Shown: piece after piece, positions 41,492-51,516 of the stretch
How the letters are laid out: each line of letters begins with the position of its first letter
How positions within the stretch are numbered: position 1 is the first letter of the stretch
Assembly: GCA_963768305.1 (NCBI GenBank)
Contig: CAVYHE010000007.1
Location: 125,485 to 189,484 of the forward strand
DNA length: 64,000 nucleotides
Direction of reading: 5' to 3'
Source of the DNA: an uncultured bacterium
GTDB lineage: Bacteria > Margulisbacteria > WOR-1 > CAVSGV01
Notes under the pieces: generated by a model
Told to the model about the DNA's origin: nothing
The model's input: only the letters and a program-made list of their open reading frames with translations
Database searches by the model: none
Position numbers and translations under genes: made by a program

Positions 41492-42789
41492 TGGGTATTT
41501 TCCTGTTCATTTTCCCGGGCCTATTATTGATGCTTTCATGGCGTTTCAACAGAAAACCTCTTTCTGATCTGTTGATCTATGTTGTCAGCGTATCGCTCTC
41601 ATTTTTTATTATCCTGCCATGGTTCATCAAATACCTGCATATTCCTTTGACCGTTTTTGTTTACATGGTCTTCATTTGCTCGCTGTTACTGCTTTTTTAC
41701 TGGCGCGAAATGATCAACTTGAAAAAGATAAAGATAGATCGCGCCGATATGTTGATCATAGGTATATTTTTACTCGTTGTTCTCTTGAGATGTTCGCCGA
41801 TGTTGTTCCAGACAGCTCCGGCCGGCGCGGAAATGAGCATGCATGCTTTGTCCGCAAGGCTCATCTCCGATAACGATGGCATTCCGACATCTTACGAGCC
41901 GATCCTGCCCATATCGAATTTTGGCGTTTCCTCATCGGGATTTCCGACTTTAAGCGCGTTGATCTCTTTGCTCGGCAATATCCCTGTATATAGAAGCAGC
42001 CTTTTATTGGCATGCCTGACGCATGCCCTGATATGTTTCGGGTTATATGTCCTGCTTTTAATGTTCTTCGACAGGAATGCTTCTGCGGCAGTTTCGGTAG
42101 CCGCGACTTTCCTGACAAGGGATCCTCAGTTGATGATCCGTTGGGGAGGGGCCAATATCCTGCTGACCATTTTCTTCCTTCTTATGGCATTCTCGCTGGC
42201 TATTGAATTAAAAAGATCTTTCTCGCGGCTGTTCATCATGTTGATCGTAATGATGTTTGCGGCCGCCCTGCTTACCTGTCCCGCCGGCTTTCCCGTCAGC
42301 GGCATTCGCCTTGCGGTCTTGTATGATCTGGTTGCTGCCGTTCCGTTCTTGGTATTCCTGTTGATATTTTATGTTCCCGCTTTATCAAAAATATTTGAGG
42401 CTCAAAAGAAGCGCCTGTTAATCGCGCTCGCAATGATCGGCTTTATCTACTATTGCGCGTTCTATCTTTTCAATTCCGTCTCGCAATGCCCGGTAACGCG
42501 GTCCGATATGGATGCTTTCAGGTGGATGGGAGCGGTGCTGAACAAGCAGGCTGTTATCGAGAACAATTACGGCGACGCAGGCATCTGGATACCGGCGATA
42601 ATCGGCATGGCCATCACTAATCCCCAACCCGAAGTGCCTCTTGCTAAGTTGAAGCCTTCTTACATATATGTAGGAAGCAAGGCAGTATTTCCTGTTGATA
42701 TTAAGCATGAGGACCTGGAAAAACACCCAAGAAAGTACAGAAGGGTGTTTTCCAACGGTAAGGCTCAGGTCTGGAAGATATTGAAATAA
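41488..42789 (+). CDS. Polytopic membrane protein, possibly GT-C-like
   Basis: Many TM helices; soluble C-terminal domain with NNYGDAGIWIP. Confidence 0.6.
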   Translation: MMGIFLFIFPGLLLMLSWRFNRKPLSDLLIYVVSVSLSFFIILPWFIKYLHIPLTVFVYMVFICSLLLLFYWREMINLKKIKIDRADMLIIGIFLLVVLLRCSPMLFQTAPAGAEMSMHALSARLISDNDGIPTSYEPILPISNFGVSSSGFPTLSALISLLGNIPVYRSSLLLACLTHALICFGLYVLLLMFFDRNASAAVSVAATFLTRDPQLMIRWGGANILLTIFFLLMAFSLAIELKRSFSRLFIMLIVMMFAAALLTCPAGFPVSGIRLAVLYDLVAAVPFLVFLLIFYVPALSKIFEAQKKRLLIALAMIGFIYYCAFYLFNSVSQCPVTRSDMDAFRWMGAVLNKQAVIENNYGDAGIWIPAIIGMAITNPQPEVPLAKLKPSYIYVGSKAVFPVDIKHEDLEKHPRKYRRVFSNGKAQVWKILK

Positions 42790-42817
42790 AGTCGTATAAT
42801 TTTTGGCGTGCGGCTTC

Positions 42818-42856
42818 CTGATATTCTGATAATCTGATATACTGATAATCTGCTAT
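42818..42856. repeat. Degenerate 8-mer tandem repeat
   Basis: ctgatatt ctgataat ctgatata ctgataat ctgctat, abutting tRNA-Tyr. Confidence 0.75.
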
Positions 42857-42939
42857 GGAGAGGTAGCAAAGCGGTCAAATGCAACTGACTGTAAATCAGT
42901 CGGCTTATGCCTTCGCTGGTTCGAATCCAGCCCTCTCCA
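42857..42939 (+). tRNA. tRNA-Tyr(GTA)
   Basis: GGAGAGG acceptor stem, CTGTAAA anticodon loop, long variable arm and GGTTCGAATCC T-arm; CCA not encoded. Confidence 0.95.
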
Positions 42940-42963
42940 TTTCACCTTTAGGAGATCATTAAT

Positions 42964-43389
42964 ATGAAGATCCTTTATAAAACCAAAGCTATTTCAGCTG
43001 GCGGAAGGAACGGCGGCAAAGTCAGGATCGAGAACAGCCCTCTCGAATTTGAAATGGCGGTGCCCGCAGAAATGGGCGGCTCCGGGAAACCCGGAACTAA
43101 TCCGGAGCAGCTTTTCGCCGCCGGTTATGCGGCCTGCTTTGAAAGCGCATTCAGGGGTGCGGCAAGAAGAAAAAAATTGGACCTGAAATCGGTTTCAGTC
43201 GCGGTAGAAATAGGGATTGGACCCACTGAAAAGAGAGGATACTCGTTATCGGCGAACATTGTTGCCACAGTTTCCGGGATCGATCAGGCTACGGCGGATA
43301 CGCTGGTACAGGAAGCGCATCAAGTTTGCCCTTATTCAAACGCCACCAGAGGAAATATAGAGGTGACTGTTTCCGCCCGCGTTGAATAA
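42964..43389 (+). CDS. ohr: Organic hydroperoxide resistance protein
   Basis: TNPEQLFAAGYAACF and AHQVCPYSNA. Confidence 0.95.
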   Translation: MKILYKTKAISAGGRNGGKVRIENSPLEFEMAVPAEMGGSGKPGTNPEQLFAAGYAACFESAFRGAARRKKLDLKSVSVAVEIGIGPTEKRGYSLSANIVATVSGIDQATADTLVQEAHQVCPYSNATRGNIEVTVSARVE

Positions 43390-43476
43390 CTTCCGTCTTT
43401 ATCTCTATCTTGCAATATCAGCAGGTTTAATGTAGAATTCTAAGGACTAAAGGCTAATTAATTAGAAGGATAACCA

Positions 43477-44100
43477 GTGTTTTCATTTTTTCCCAGGGAC
43501 GAAAAATTCTTCGACATGTTCGAGCGGGCCTCGCTTAACCTTCACAATGCCGGCGAAGCGTTCAAGAACCTCCTGGAAGATTTTACCGAAGTAGAGCACA
43601 AGGTGAAGAACATAAAAGACATCGAACACGAAGGCGACATCATCACCCACGAAATATTCGACAAGCTTAACAGGACGTTCATTACCCCCATTGACAGGGA
43701 AGACATCCACCGGATAACCAGCGAAATGGACGATGTCCTTGATTTTATCCTTGCCACTGCCGACAGGTTCCAGCTTTACAAGATAAAGAAGCCGACGCCG
43801 GAAACGATGAAGCTGACGGAAGTCCTTCTCGCATCCATAGAGATAGTCGGAAAAGCCGTTTACAGCCTTAAGGACCTTAAGCGCACCCGCCGCACGCTGG
43901 ACTATTGCGTTGAATTGAACCGGCTTGAAAATGAAGGCGATATGGTCCATAAAGCGGCCATCGGCGAGCTTTTCGCGGACGGCAAGGATGCCGTTGAGAT
44001 AATAAAGTGGCGGGATATATATGACCATCTCGAATCCGCGATCGATAAGTGCGAGGACCTCGCCGATACAGTTGAAGGCATAGTTGTAAAGAATGCCTAG
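43477..44100 (+). CDS. DUF47 phosphate transport regulator
   Basis: EHEGD, FITPIDREDI and ENEGD; upstream of pit. Confidence 0.92.
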   Translation: MFSFFPRDEKFFDMFERASLNLHNAGEAFKNLLEDFTEVEHKVKNIKDIEHEGDIITHEIFDKLNRTFITPIDREDIHRITSEMDDVLDFILATADRFQLYKIKKPTPETMKLTEVLLASIEIVGKAVYSLKDLKRTRRTLDYCVELNRLENEGDMVHKAAIGELFADGKDAVEIIKWRDIYDHLESAIDKCEDLADTVEGIVVKNA

Positions 44101-44127
44101 CTCTGTCTTGCCTGATAAAAAAATAAT

Positions 44128-45120
44128 ATGACCATCGCAATATTGATATTGATAGCGCTTGCCCTCTTTTTTGATTTTCTCAACGGTTTCCATGATTCAG
44201 CTAATTCGATCGCGACCGTAGTTTCCACGCGCGTCCTGTCCCCGAAATACGCCGTGGTTTGGGCGGCTTTCTTCAATTTCGTCGCTTTCATGTTCTTCGG
44301 GCTTCACGTTGCCGGCACGATAGGCAAAGGGATCGTGGACATCAATATCATCGACAAATATATAATTTTCGGCGCGCTTTTCGGCGCATGTGCATGGGAC
44401 CTTATAACATGGTATTGGGGATTGCCTACCAGCTCTTCTCATGCTTTGATCGGCGGCTTGATAGGGGCGGCTTTAGTAAAGGCCGGAATGGCTCCGCTTA
44501 TTTGGTCAGGAATAATAAAAACTGTTTCATTTATCTTTATTTCCCCGATCGTCGGCTTGATACTGGGATATTTGTTCGGGTCATTAGTTTATAATCTTGC
44601 AAGGAACAGCACCCCCAGTAAGGTCGACCATCTTTTCAGGAAAGGCCAGCTTTTAACAGCAGCTTTATACAGCATGGGACACGGAGGGAATGACGCGCAA
44701 AAGACAATGGGGGTGATCGCGAGCCTTCTTTTTAGCGCGGGGCTTTTAGGCAAGACTTTCTTTATTCCTTTTTGGGTGGTGATTTCCTGTTATACTGCCA
44801 TAGCTCTCGGTACTATGCTTGGAGGATGGCGCATTGTGAAAACGATGGGCCAGAAAGTTGCAAAGCTTAAACCGGTGGATGGTTTCTGCGCGGAAGCCGG
44901 CGCCGCTGTTACGCTTTTCACGTCAACGGCTTTGGGAGTTCCCGTCAGCACAACGCATACTATAACTGCATCAATAATGGGAGTGGGTTCTATCCAGAGG
45001 AAAAACGCGGTTAAATGGGGTGTTGCCGGCTCAATTCTTTGGGCATGGGTACTGACCATCCCCTGTTCAGCGGTTATCTCCGCAATTTCCTATTACGTAG
45101 TCACACATTTAGGAAGGTAA
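44128..45120 (+). CDS. pit: Inorganic phosphate transporter (PiT family)
   Basis: NGFHDSANSIAT, HGGNDAQK and PVSTTH. Confidence 0.95.
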   Translation: MTIAILILIALALFFDFLNGFHDSANSIATVVSTRVLSPKYAVVWAAFFNFVAFMFFGLHVAGTIGKGIVDINIIDKYIIFGALFGACAWDLITWYWGLPTSSSHALIGGLIGAALVKAGMAPLIWSGIIKTVSFIFISPIVGLILGYLFGSLVYNLARNSTPSKVDHLFRKGQLLTAALYSMGHGGNDAQKTMGVIASLLFSAGLLGKTFFIPFWVVISCYTAIALGTMLGGWRIVKTMGQKVAKLKPVDGFCAEAGAAVTLFTSTALGVPVSTTHTITASIMGVGSIQRKNAVKWGVAGSILWAWVLTIPCSAVISAISYYVVTHLGR

Positions 45121-45134
45121 AGTTCTGGAGGCGG

Positions 45135-45701
45135 TCACTTCAGGAAGAGCTTGATCCTCATCGGCGGCCAAATCATTAATTCTGCTTTACCGATTATGTA
45201 AGATCTGGGAACAGCGCCCCAAAACCTGCTGTCATAGCTGTCCGGCCTGTTATCCCCCAGGAAAAAATATGAATTGTCCGGGACCTTGAACGGCCCAAAG
45301 TTCGAGTTATCCCAGATGATGGGCCACTTGCTCTGGTCTATGGCTTTTCCGTCGATCATGACTATCCCGTTGCGTATCTTTACTGTCTCGCCCGGCAGCC
45401 CTATCAATCTCTTTATGAAATCCCTTTGCGGCGGGATGGTCGACTTGAAAAGAACGATGTCCCCTCTTTGCATCTTTCCGTAATATTTATAGACAAGCTT
45501 GTTCACGATAACGCGGTCCTTGACAAGGAGCGTGGGGATCATTGAACCGGAAAGCACTTCCGATGTCTGAAAAGCGAACTGGCGAATGATGAGCGCCAGG
45601 ATTAGCGCGACGACTATCGATTCCACCCAGTCGACAACGTGGAACATCAGTCGATTGTTTTTTTTCAGGTCCTCTTTATACTGATTCCATTTTTTCAACA
45701 T
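45135..45701 (-). CDS. lepB: Signal peptidase I
   Basis: SGSMIPTL, FIKRLIGLPG and GDNRPDSYDSRFWG. Confidence 0.95.
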   Translation of the reverse strand: MLKKWNQYKEDLKKNNRLMFHVVDWVESIVVALILALIIRQFAFQTSEVLSGSMIPTLLVKDRVIVNKLVYKYYGKMQRGDIVLFKSTIPPQRDFIKRLIGLPGETVKIRNGIVMIDGKAIDQSKWPIIWDNSNFGPFKVPDNSYFFLGDNRPDSYDSRFWGAVPRSYIIGKAELMIWPPMRIKLFLK

Positions 45702-45721
45702 TAATAATTAAAAATACAAGC

Positions 45722-45895
45722 TTATCTTAAAAATGCCCTATATCCCAGCACAAGAACGCCCAGCAGGGTCAGCGCCGCGAATATCACATGAAGCTGGTAT
45801 ACCAATCCTTTGTTCTTGCCTGCTGATATTTCGAGCAGTGCGGATAAAATGCTTACGATAAGCAGAAAGGCCACTAGCATATGGTATTTTGTCAT
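45722..45895 (-). CDS. Small two-TM membrane protein (57 aa)
   Basis: Hand translation MTKYHMLVAFLLIVSILSALLEISAGKNKGLVYQLHVIFAALTLLGVLVLGYRAFLR; strong GGAGGTG RBS. Confidence 0.7.
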   Translation of the reverse strand: MTKYHMLVAFLLIVSILSALLEISAGKNKGLVYQLHVIFAALTLLGVLVLGYRAFLR

Positions 45896-45971
45896 TTTTC
45901 ACCTCCAGAAGCCGTCATTATACAATGCGAATTCATTATGTCAATTCATAGAAAAACTTTATAATAGTGCT

Positions 45972-46370
45972 ATGCTAAGAAAACTGGTACTTTCTCTGGT
46001 GATCGCAGATAACTTTATAACTAATCTTGTCAAAAAGCCTTTCAGGACAAGATGGGTCCTGAACGGCAAATGCAGGAAATGCGGAAAATGCTGTGCGGAC
46101 ATAAAAATGGCGATAAATCCGAGGCTTCTTTCAAATGTTTTCACCCGAGAACTGGTGATACGATGGACGTCCTGGATAATGGATTTTTATCTTAAGAGGA
46201 TCGAATATGGTCCCTGTTATCTGGTCTTCGGTTGTAAAAATCAGGATTCCGACGGTCTGTGCGGGGTTTACAAATGGCGGCCGAATGTCTGCAGGAATTA
46301 TCCGCTCGTGGATTTCTTTGAAGAGCCGGCATTGTTCGATACCTGCGGATATAAAGCAAGAATGCAATAG
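45972..46370 (+). CDS. YkgJ-family CxxCxxCC Fe/Zn-binding protein
   Basis: CRKCGKCC...CGVYKWRPNVCRNYP; likely ATG at 45972. Confidence 0.85.
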   Translation: MLRKLVLSLVIADNFITNLVKKPFRTRWVLNGKCRKCGKCCADIKMAINPRLLSNVFTRELVIRWTSWIMDFYLKRIEYGPCYLVFGCKNQDSDGLCGVYKWRPNVCRNYPLVDFFEEPALFDTCGYKARMQ

Positions 46371-46435
46371 CGGGACTTTACAGCATCATTCTTTTTACAT
46401 ATACTATTAATATCAAATAATAAAAGGAGTTTTAT

Positions 46436-46885
46436 ATGGCTGAAATGTTCAAGAAAATAAATGATGCCCTATCCGCCGCGATGAAGGCAAAAGACACTTT
46501 CCGGCTGGATGTCATCCGCATGATGAAATCCAAGATCCTTAACGTCAACGCGCGCGGCGATCTTCCGGAGGCCGAAATAATCAAGATACTTCAGAAATAC
46601 GCGAAGAGCCTAAAGGACGCGATAGTGGAGACGAAAAAGGTGAACAGGCCGGATGCGGTGTCAAAACTGGAAGGCGAGCTGAAGATAGTAGAGGAATATC
46701 TGCCGAAGATGATGTCAGAAACTGAAACGCGGGAGCTGGTCGCGAAAACTATCGCTGAACTTGGAGTTTCCGGCCCGAAAGAAATGGGGAAAGTGATGAA
46801 AGCTATAACTTCCAAGGGTTTGAGCGTGGACAACTCCGTGATCAGCCATCTTGTATCCGAAGCCCTAAAACCACAACAACCATAA
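46436..46885 (+). CDS. GatB/YqeY domain protein
   Basis: AMKAKD, EEYLPKMMS and KEMGKVM. Confidence 0.92.
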   Translation: MAEMFKKINDALSAAMKAKDTFRLDVIRMMKSKILNVNARGDLPEAEIIKILQKYAKSLKDAIVETKKVNRPDAVSKLEGELKIVEEYLPKMMSETETRELVAKTIAELGVSGPKEMGKVMKAITSKGLSVDNSVISHLVSEALKPQQP

Positions 46886-46909
46886 TTAAATTTAGGAGGC
46901 GTTTGGTAT

Positions 46910-48715
46910 ATGATAAAGAAACTGTTGAAATGGCTCGGTATTCTGCTTGCCGTATTGGTCGTGGTCCTGATTATTGCCGCGCTCGCCCTGCCCCGCTTCC
47001 TCCCGCTTGAAAAGATAAAAGGAATGGCCGCTCAGAAAGCGTCCGAGGCCATCCACCGCAATGTCACGATAGGAAAAGTTTCGTTCAATATTTTCACGGG
47101 CGTCCAACTGAATGACCTTTCGATAAGCAACCGCCCGGGTTTTTCAAAAGAACCGTTCATTTCCGCCGGCAGGATAGACCTGAAATATGATCTCTGGAAG
47201 CTCTTGAGCGGAGCCATTGTCATTGATAAGGTCGTTCTTGTGAAGCCGCAGATACTTATCGAGACAAAAACCGACGGTTCATCCAATTACAGCGATCTCA
47301 TCGCGGCCAAAAAACCAACCGCGTCAAAGCCGGCAGCACCGAAAAAAGGTTCGATATCGATAATGATCTCTAAATTCTCAATAGAGAATGGCCTGTTGAC
47401 ATTGAAACAGCCGGACAAGGTCATTCAACTTAAAGATCTGGGCCTCAATCTATCAGGCATATCGCTCGTTACAAAGAAGCCGATGAGCTTGAACACAAGC
47501 GGACTGATCCTTTATGAAGGCCGGCCGGCTTCGTTATCTCTAGGCGGGGGCATAAGTTTGGATATGAATAAGATGACAGCGAAACTCTCGGGTTTCAATT
47601 TGACCGTTGCGGGACAGAAGATCTCTTTTGATGCTGATATTTCAAATTTCGACAAAGCGCCAAAATTGATCCTGAAAGTTTCGTCAAGTAAACTGGATAC
47701 GAACAAATTTTTGGCGATCACAACGTCACCAAATGCAAAACCCGCGCCGTATGGAGCGCAAACAGCAAATATCAACAAGACACTTACATATGTTCCGTTA
47801 AATCTGGACCTTAACGCGTCTGTTATCCTTCAAAATGTGCTTTATAAAGAAATGAAGATGGATTCGGTCTCCTTTAAGGCAGTAATGTCAAATAAGGTGG
47901 TCAAGACAAGCGGGCTTGAGGTCGGCGCTTACGGAGGCAAGATCACAGCCGGAGTTGTAGCTGACCTGAAAGTTTACGGGATCGGATATACTGTGGCTGA
48001 TCTTTCCGCTAAAGGGATCAATGCAACACCCGGCTCTAATGATGTTATCGACTCATTCCTGACAAAGCTTCCTGATCACGGCGAGCTGAAGGATAAAATT
48101 AGCGGCACACTGGGATTTAATGTAACCCTTGCTGGCCGTGGTATAGAAAAGGAAGATATCATTGCCAATTCGAAAGGAAAAGGAAGCTTTTTGTTGGCTA
48201 ATGGAAAGATATCAAAGCTTAATTCTCTTGTGGCGATCGGAGAAAAAATTGGCTTGAAAACCCTTCAGGAAGACATCCTGGTCAAAGAATTTAAATCGAA
48301 TTTTTCAATTGCTAATAAGATCATAAATATCAGCAAACTTGACCTGAACAACGGCGACAAGGGCGATGTAAAGGTCGCGTTCGACGGGAGCGCGAACATG
48401 GAAACGCTTGCCTTTGTAAAAGGCAACAAGCTTTCATTGAAGCTGAACCCAACGACGAACAAGCTTTCGGCTGATTATGACGCGTTCAAGGATGAAAACG
48501 GCTGGTACTCGCTGGACTTTGAAATGACCGGTTCGTTAAAAAAGCCTATTCCTATTCCTCAGCTTGGAAAGCCGGTCCAAAACCTGATGAACGCAAAGAA
48601 GAAGGAAGTTGAAGATCAGGCCCAAAAAGAGATAGACAAGAAAAAGGCAGAGGCCGAACAGAAAGTGAAAGAAGAGCTCGAGCAAAAAGCAAAAGACCTT
48701 CTTAATCTTAAATAG
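46910..48715 (+). CDS. AsmA-family protein
   Basis: N-terminal TM anchor, AsmA-like N-terminal domain (DGSSNYSDL) and beta-rich body. Confidence 0.8.
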   Translation: MIKKLLKWLGILLAVLVVVLIIAALALPRFLPLEKIKGMAAQKASEAIHRNVTIGKVSFNIFTGVQLNDLSISNRPGFSKEPFISAGRIDLKYDLWKLLSGAIVIDKVVLVKPQILIETKTDGSSNYSDLIAAKKPTASKPAAPKKGSISIMISKFSIENGLLTLKQPDKVIQLKDLGLNLSGISLVTKKPMSLNTSGLILYEGRPASLSLGGGISLDMNKMTAKLSGFNLTVAGQKISFDADISNFDKAPKLILKVSSSKLDTNKFLAITTSPNAKPAPYGAQTANINKTLTYVPLNLDLNASVILQNVLYKEMKMDSVSFKAVMSNKVVKTSGLEVGAYGGKITAGVVADLKVYGIGYTVADLSAKGINATPGSNDVIDSFLTKLPDHGELKDKISGTLGFNVTLAGRGIEKEDIIANSKGKGSFLLANGKISKLNSLVAIGEKIGLKTLQEDILVKEFKSNFSIANKIINISKLDLNNGDKGDVKVAFDGSANMETLAFVKGNKLSLKLNPTTNKLSADYDAFKDENGWYSLDFEMTGSLKKPIPIPQLGKPVQNLMNAKKKEVEDQAQKEIDKKKAEAEQKVKEELEQKAKDLLNLK

Positions 48716-48722
48716 CAGGCAT

Positions 48723-48795
<73 letters not shown>

Positions 48796-48803
48796 TTTTT
48801 AAT

Positions 48804-48855
48804 GGGCACCCCGACGCGTCGGGGAGGTCATCGGTTCGATCCCCGATCAGCAGCT
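48804..48855 (+). repeat. Tandem partial copy of tRNA-Thr (3' two-thirds) with the anticodon arm replaced by a palindrome
   Basis: gggca-CCCCGACGCGTCGGGG-aggtcatcggttcgatccccgatcagcagct versus tRNA gagca-cttccttggtaaggaag-aggtcatcggttcgatcccgatcagcagct. Confidence 0.85.
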
Positions 48856-48873
48856 TTTTCCTCAAATTCACGG

Positions 48874-48901
48874 TTGACAAGCTAAAACCCGTCTGTATAA
48901 T
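48874..48901 (+). promoter_or_regulatory. Sigma70 promoter of tuf
   Basis: TTGACA-N16-TATAAT. Confidence 0.75.
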
Positions 48902-48948
48902 GTACAAGTCTTTATTGAACTGTAAGGAAACTTATAGGAGGTATTTTT

Positions 48949-50148
48949 ATGGCAAGGGAAAAGTTCGTAAGGTCCAAGACTCACGTTAACGTAGGGACAA
49001 TAGGCCACGTTGACCACGGAAAGACCACCCTGACATCGGCTATCACGAAGTGTCTGGCCGCAAAGGGAATGGCCAAGGCAAAGGCATTCGATGAGATCGA
49101 CGCCGCTCCGGAAGAAAAAGCTAGAGGTATTACGATAGCCATTGCCCACGTGGAATATGAAACGGAAAAACGCCACTACGCGCACATAGACTGCCCCGGC
49201 CACGCGGATTACGTTAAGAACATGGTCATCGGAGCCGCGCAGATGGACGGAGCCATTCTCGTTGTTTCCGCCGCCGACGGCCCCATGCCCCAGACCAGAG
49301 AACACATCCTTCTTGCCCGCCAGGTCAACGTTCCTTACATTGTAGTTTACCTGAACAAGATCGATATGGTTGATGACAAGGAACTTATCGACCTTGTGGA
49401 AGTGGAAACAAGGGACCTGCTCAAGAAATATGAGTTCCCGGGCGACAAAACCCCGGTCATCAGGGGTTCTGCGCTTAAGGCGATGGAATGCGGATGCGGA
49501 AAGAAGGATTGCCAATGGTGCAAGTCGATATTCGAACTGACCGACGCGCTTGATTCTTACATTCCTGATCCGAAAAGGGACGTCGATAAGCCGTTCCTTA
49601 TGCCGGTTGAAGACGTGTTCTCAATAACCGGCCGAGGAACAGTAGGCACCGGAAGGATTGAAAGAGGTAAGGTAAAAGTCGGGGATGAGATCGAAGTTGT
49701 CGGCCTCGGCGCCCATAAAAAGGCGACCGTGACCGGCGTTGAAATGTTCAGAAAGACCATGGATGAGGGCATTGCAGGTGACAACATCGGCGCGCTGCTG
49801 AGAGGAATAGAAAAGGAAGAGCTCAAGCGCGGAATGGTCCTCGCGAAGCCAGGCACGACAAAGCCGCACAAGAGATTCGAGGCCCAGGTATATGTTCTGA
49901 CAAAAGAAGAAGGCGGAAGGCACACGCCGTTCTTCCCGGGCTACAAACCGCAGTTCTTCGTGAGAACAACAGACGTCACCGGAGAAATAAAGCTGCCCCA
50001 GGGAGTGGAGATGGTCATGCCGGGCGACAACATCAAGATGGAAGTCACCCTTGTTGAAGAAGTCGCCATTGAGGAAGGCATGAGGCTCGCTATCAGGGAA
50101 GGCGGACATACCGTAGGCGCGGGAGCGGTCGTAAAAGTTCTAGAGTAA
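48949..50148 (+). CDS. tuf: Elongation factor Tu
   Basis: [20 protein letters not shown] and EGGRHTPF. Confidence 0.99.
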   Translation: MAREKFVRSKTHVNVGTIGHVDHGKTTLTSAITKCLAAKGMAKAKAFDEIDAAPEEKARGITIAIAHVEYETEKRHYAHIDCPGHADYVKNMVIGAAQMDGAILVVSAADGPMPQTREHILLARQVNVPYIVVYLNKIDMVDDKELIDLVEVETRDLLKKYEFPGDKTPVIRGSALKAMECGCGKKDCQWCKSIFELTDALDSYIPDPKRDVDKPFLMPVEDVFSITGRGTVGTGRIERGKVKVGDEIEVVGLGAHKKATVTGVEMFRKTMDEGIAGDNIGALLRGIEKEELKRGMVLAKPGTTKPHKRFEAQVYVLTKEEGGRHTPFFPGYKPQFFVRTTDVTGEIKLPQGVEMVMPGDNIKMEVTLVEEVAIEEGMRLAIREGGHTVGAGAVVKVLE

Positions 50149-50157
50149 CTGACGCTC

Positions 50158-51498
50158 TTGCAGGGAAAATCTAAATACCTTGCTTTAGCTCTTTTCTTGG
50201 CTCTCACTTGTCTCGTTCTATGGGATTTTCATTTCTGGAGCGGACGCTTCCCTCCGAATTACTTCATTGAGAAGCTGGACGTCTCCGGCCTTTCCAATAC
50301 AGAAGTTTATAATAAGCTAAGGACCGCGGATGTTGACAGTATATGCTCCGCCCCGATCTCGCTGACGCTGAACGGCAAGGTCCTTGTTTACAAGCCTTCA
50401 AGATTGGGTATCTATATTTCAACCCGCAAGACCATCCAAAATTTAAACTCGATATCATATAGAAGCAACTATCTGGTTGATATTTTTAAGAGAGTATCCG
50501 GAGCTTACAAAAATAATGTTTCCTTTTTCTCCATGGAAATGGACCGTGACACCTTCAAGGCCATTCTGGAAAGGATGGCAAGTACCACGGATGTCGCTTC
50601 AAAGGACGCTACGTTCACGCTCTTTGATGACGGAAGATACAGTATCACAAAGGAAAAGGTCGGCAGGCATCTGGATATCAAGCGGTCGATCGCCAATCTT
50701 GAAAAAGCTCTTGCCGAAAACAAAAGATCGGCAATTATAGAAGTTCATGAATCCCATCCAAAGACGTTCTCGCAACCTCTGGTCAAATATCCCCCGAAGT
50801 ATCTTCTGTCCGAATATACCACATATTTCGGTTCTCATGATTCGGTGAACCGTGTGCATAACATAAAGGTCGAGGCGGTCAGGTTGAACAACAAAGTGAT
50901 CTCGTCGAGTGAAACTTTTTCCCTGCTTGATAATCTGGGCGCTTTCACGGAAGAAAGAGGCTTCAGGGAAGCCTTCGTCATTTACAACGGGGAGCTTGAA
51001 CCGCAATATGGCGGCGGATCCTGCCAGATTGCCACAACCCTGTACAATGCCGCGCTGCTGGCGGGCATGGATATTTTTGAGAGGCATTGCCATGATATTT
51101 ATTTCACTATCTATCCGCTCGGGCGCGACGCGTCCATTTACGTGGGAACAAGGGACCTGAAAATCCGGAACAACACTGCTCATCCAATGCTGATAAAGGC
51201 CCTGGCAACGGACAGAAAGCTCACGATGAAGCTATATGGCACTCCATACGCGAAAAAAATAATATTTTCAAGGCCGATGATATTTTTTGACGGCGAAAAA
51301 TTCGCACCGTACAACCTATCTTCGGACAACGCCAAGGCAAAGGTATTAAAAGCCTTGTCCTCTGGAAAGCCTTATTCCGCGTACGTTACAATAACCAAGG
51401 CGGAGGCCGGCATCCAGAGCGAAGCGACGGTCAGCAGTCATTATAAATTTACCGGCGACGCCGAAAATGTAAAGATCACGCGCCCCGAACCCAGGTAG
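50158..51498 (+). CDS. VanW-family protein with a PG-binding-4-like domain
   Basis: N-terminal TM; NRVHNI, GGGSCQIATTLYNA, GRDAS and DLKIRN. Confidence 0.88.
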   Translation: MQGKSKYLALALFLALTCLVLWDFHFWSGRFPPNYFIEKLDVSGLSNTEVYNKLRTADVDSICSAPISLTLNGKVLVYKPSRLGIYISTRKTIQNLNSISYRSNYLVDIFKRVSGAYKNNVSFFSMEMDRDTFKAILERMASTTDVASKDATFTLFDDGRYSITKEKVGRHLDIKRSIANLEKALAENKRSAIIEVHESHPKTFSQPLVKYPPKYLLSEYTTYFGSHDSVNRVHNIKVEAVRLNNKVISSSETFSLLDNLGAFTEERGFREAFVIYNGELEPQYGGGSCQIATTLYNAALLAGMDIFERHCHDIYFTIYPLGRDASIYVGTRDLKIRNNTAHPMLIKALATDRKLTMKLYGTPYAKKIIFSRPMIFFDGEKFAPYNLSSDNAKAKVLKALSSGKPYSAYVTITKAEAGIQSEATVSSHYKFTGDAENVKITRPEPR

Positions 51499-51516
51499 TT
51501 ATGGTATAATCTTCGC

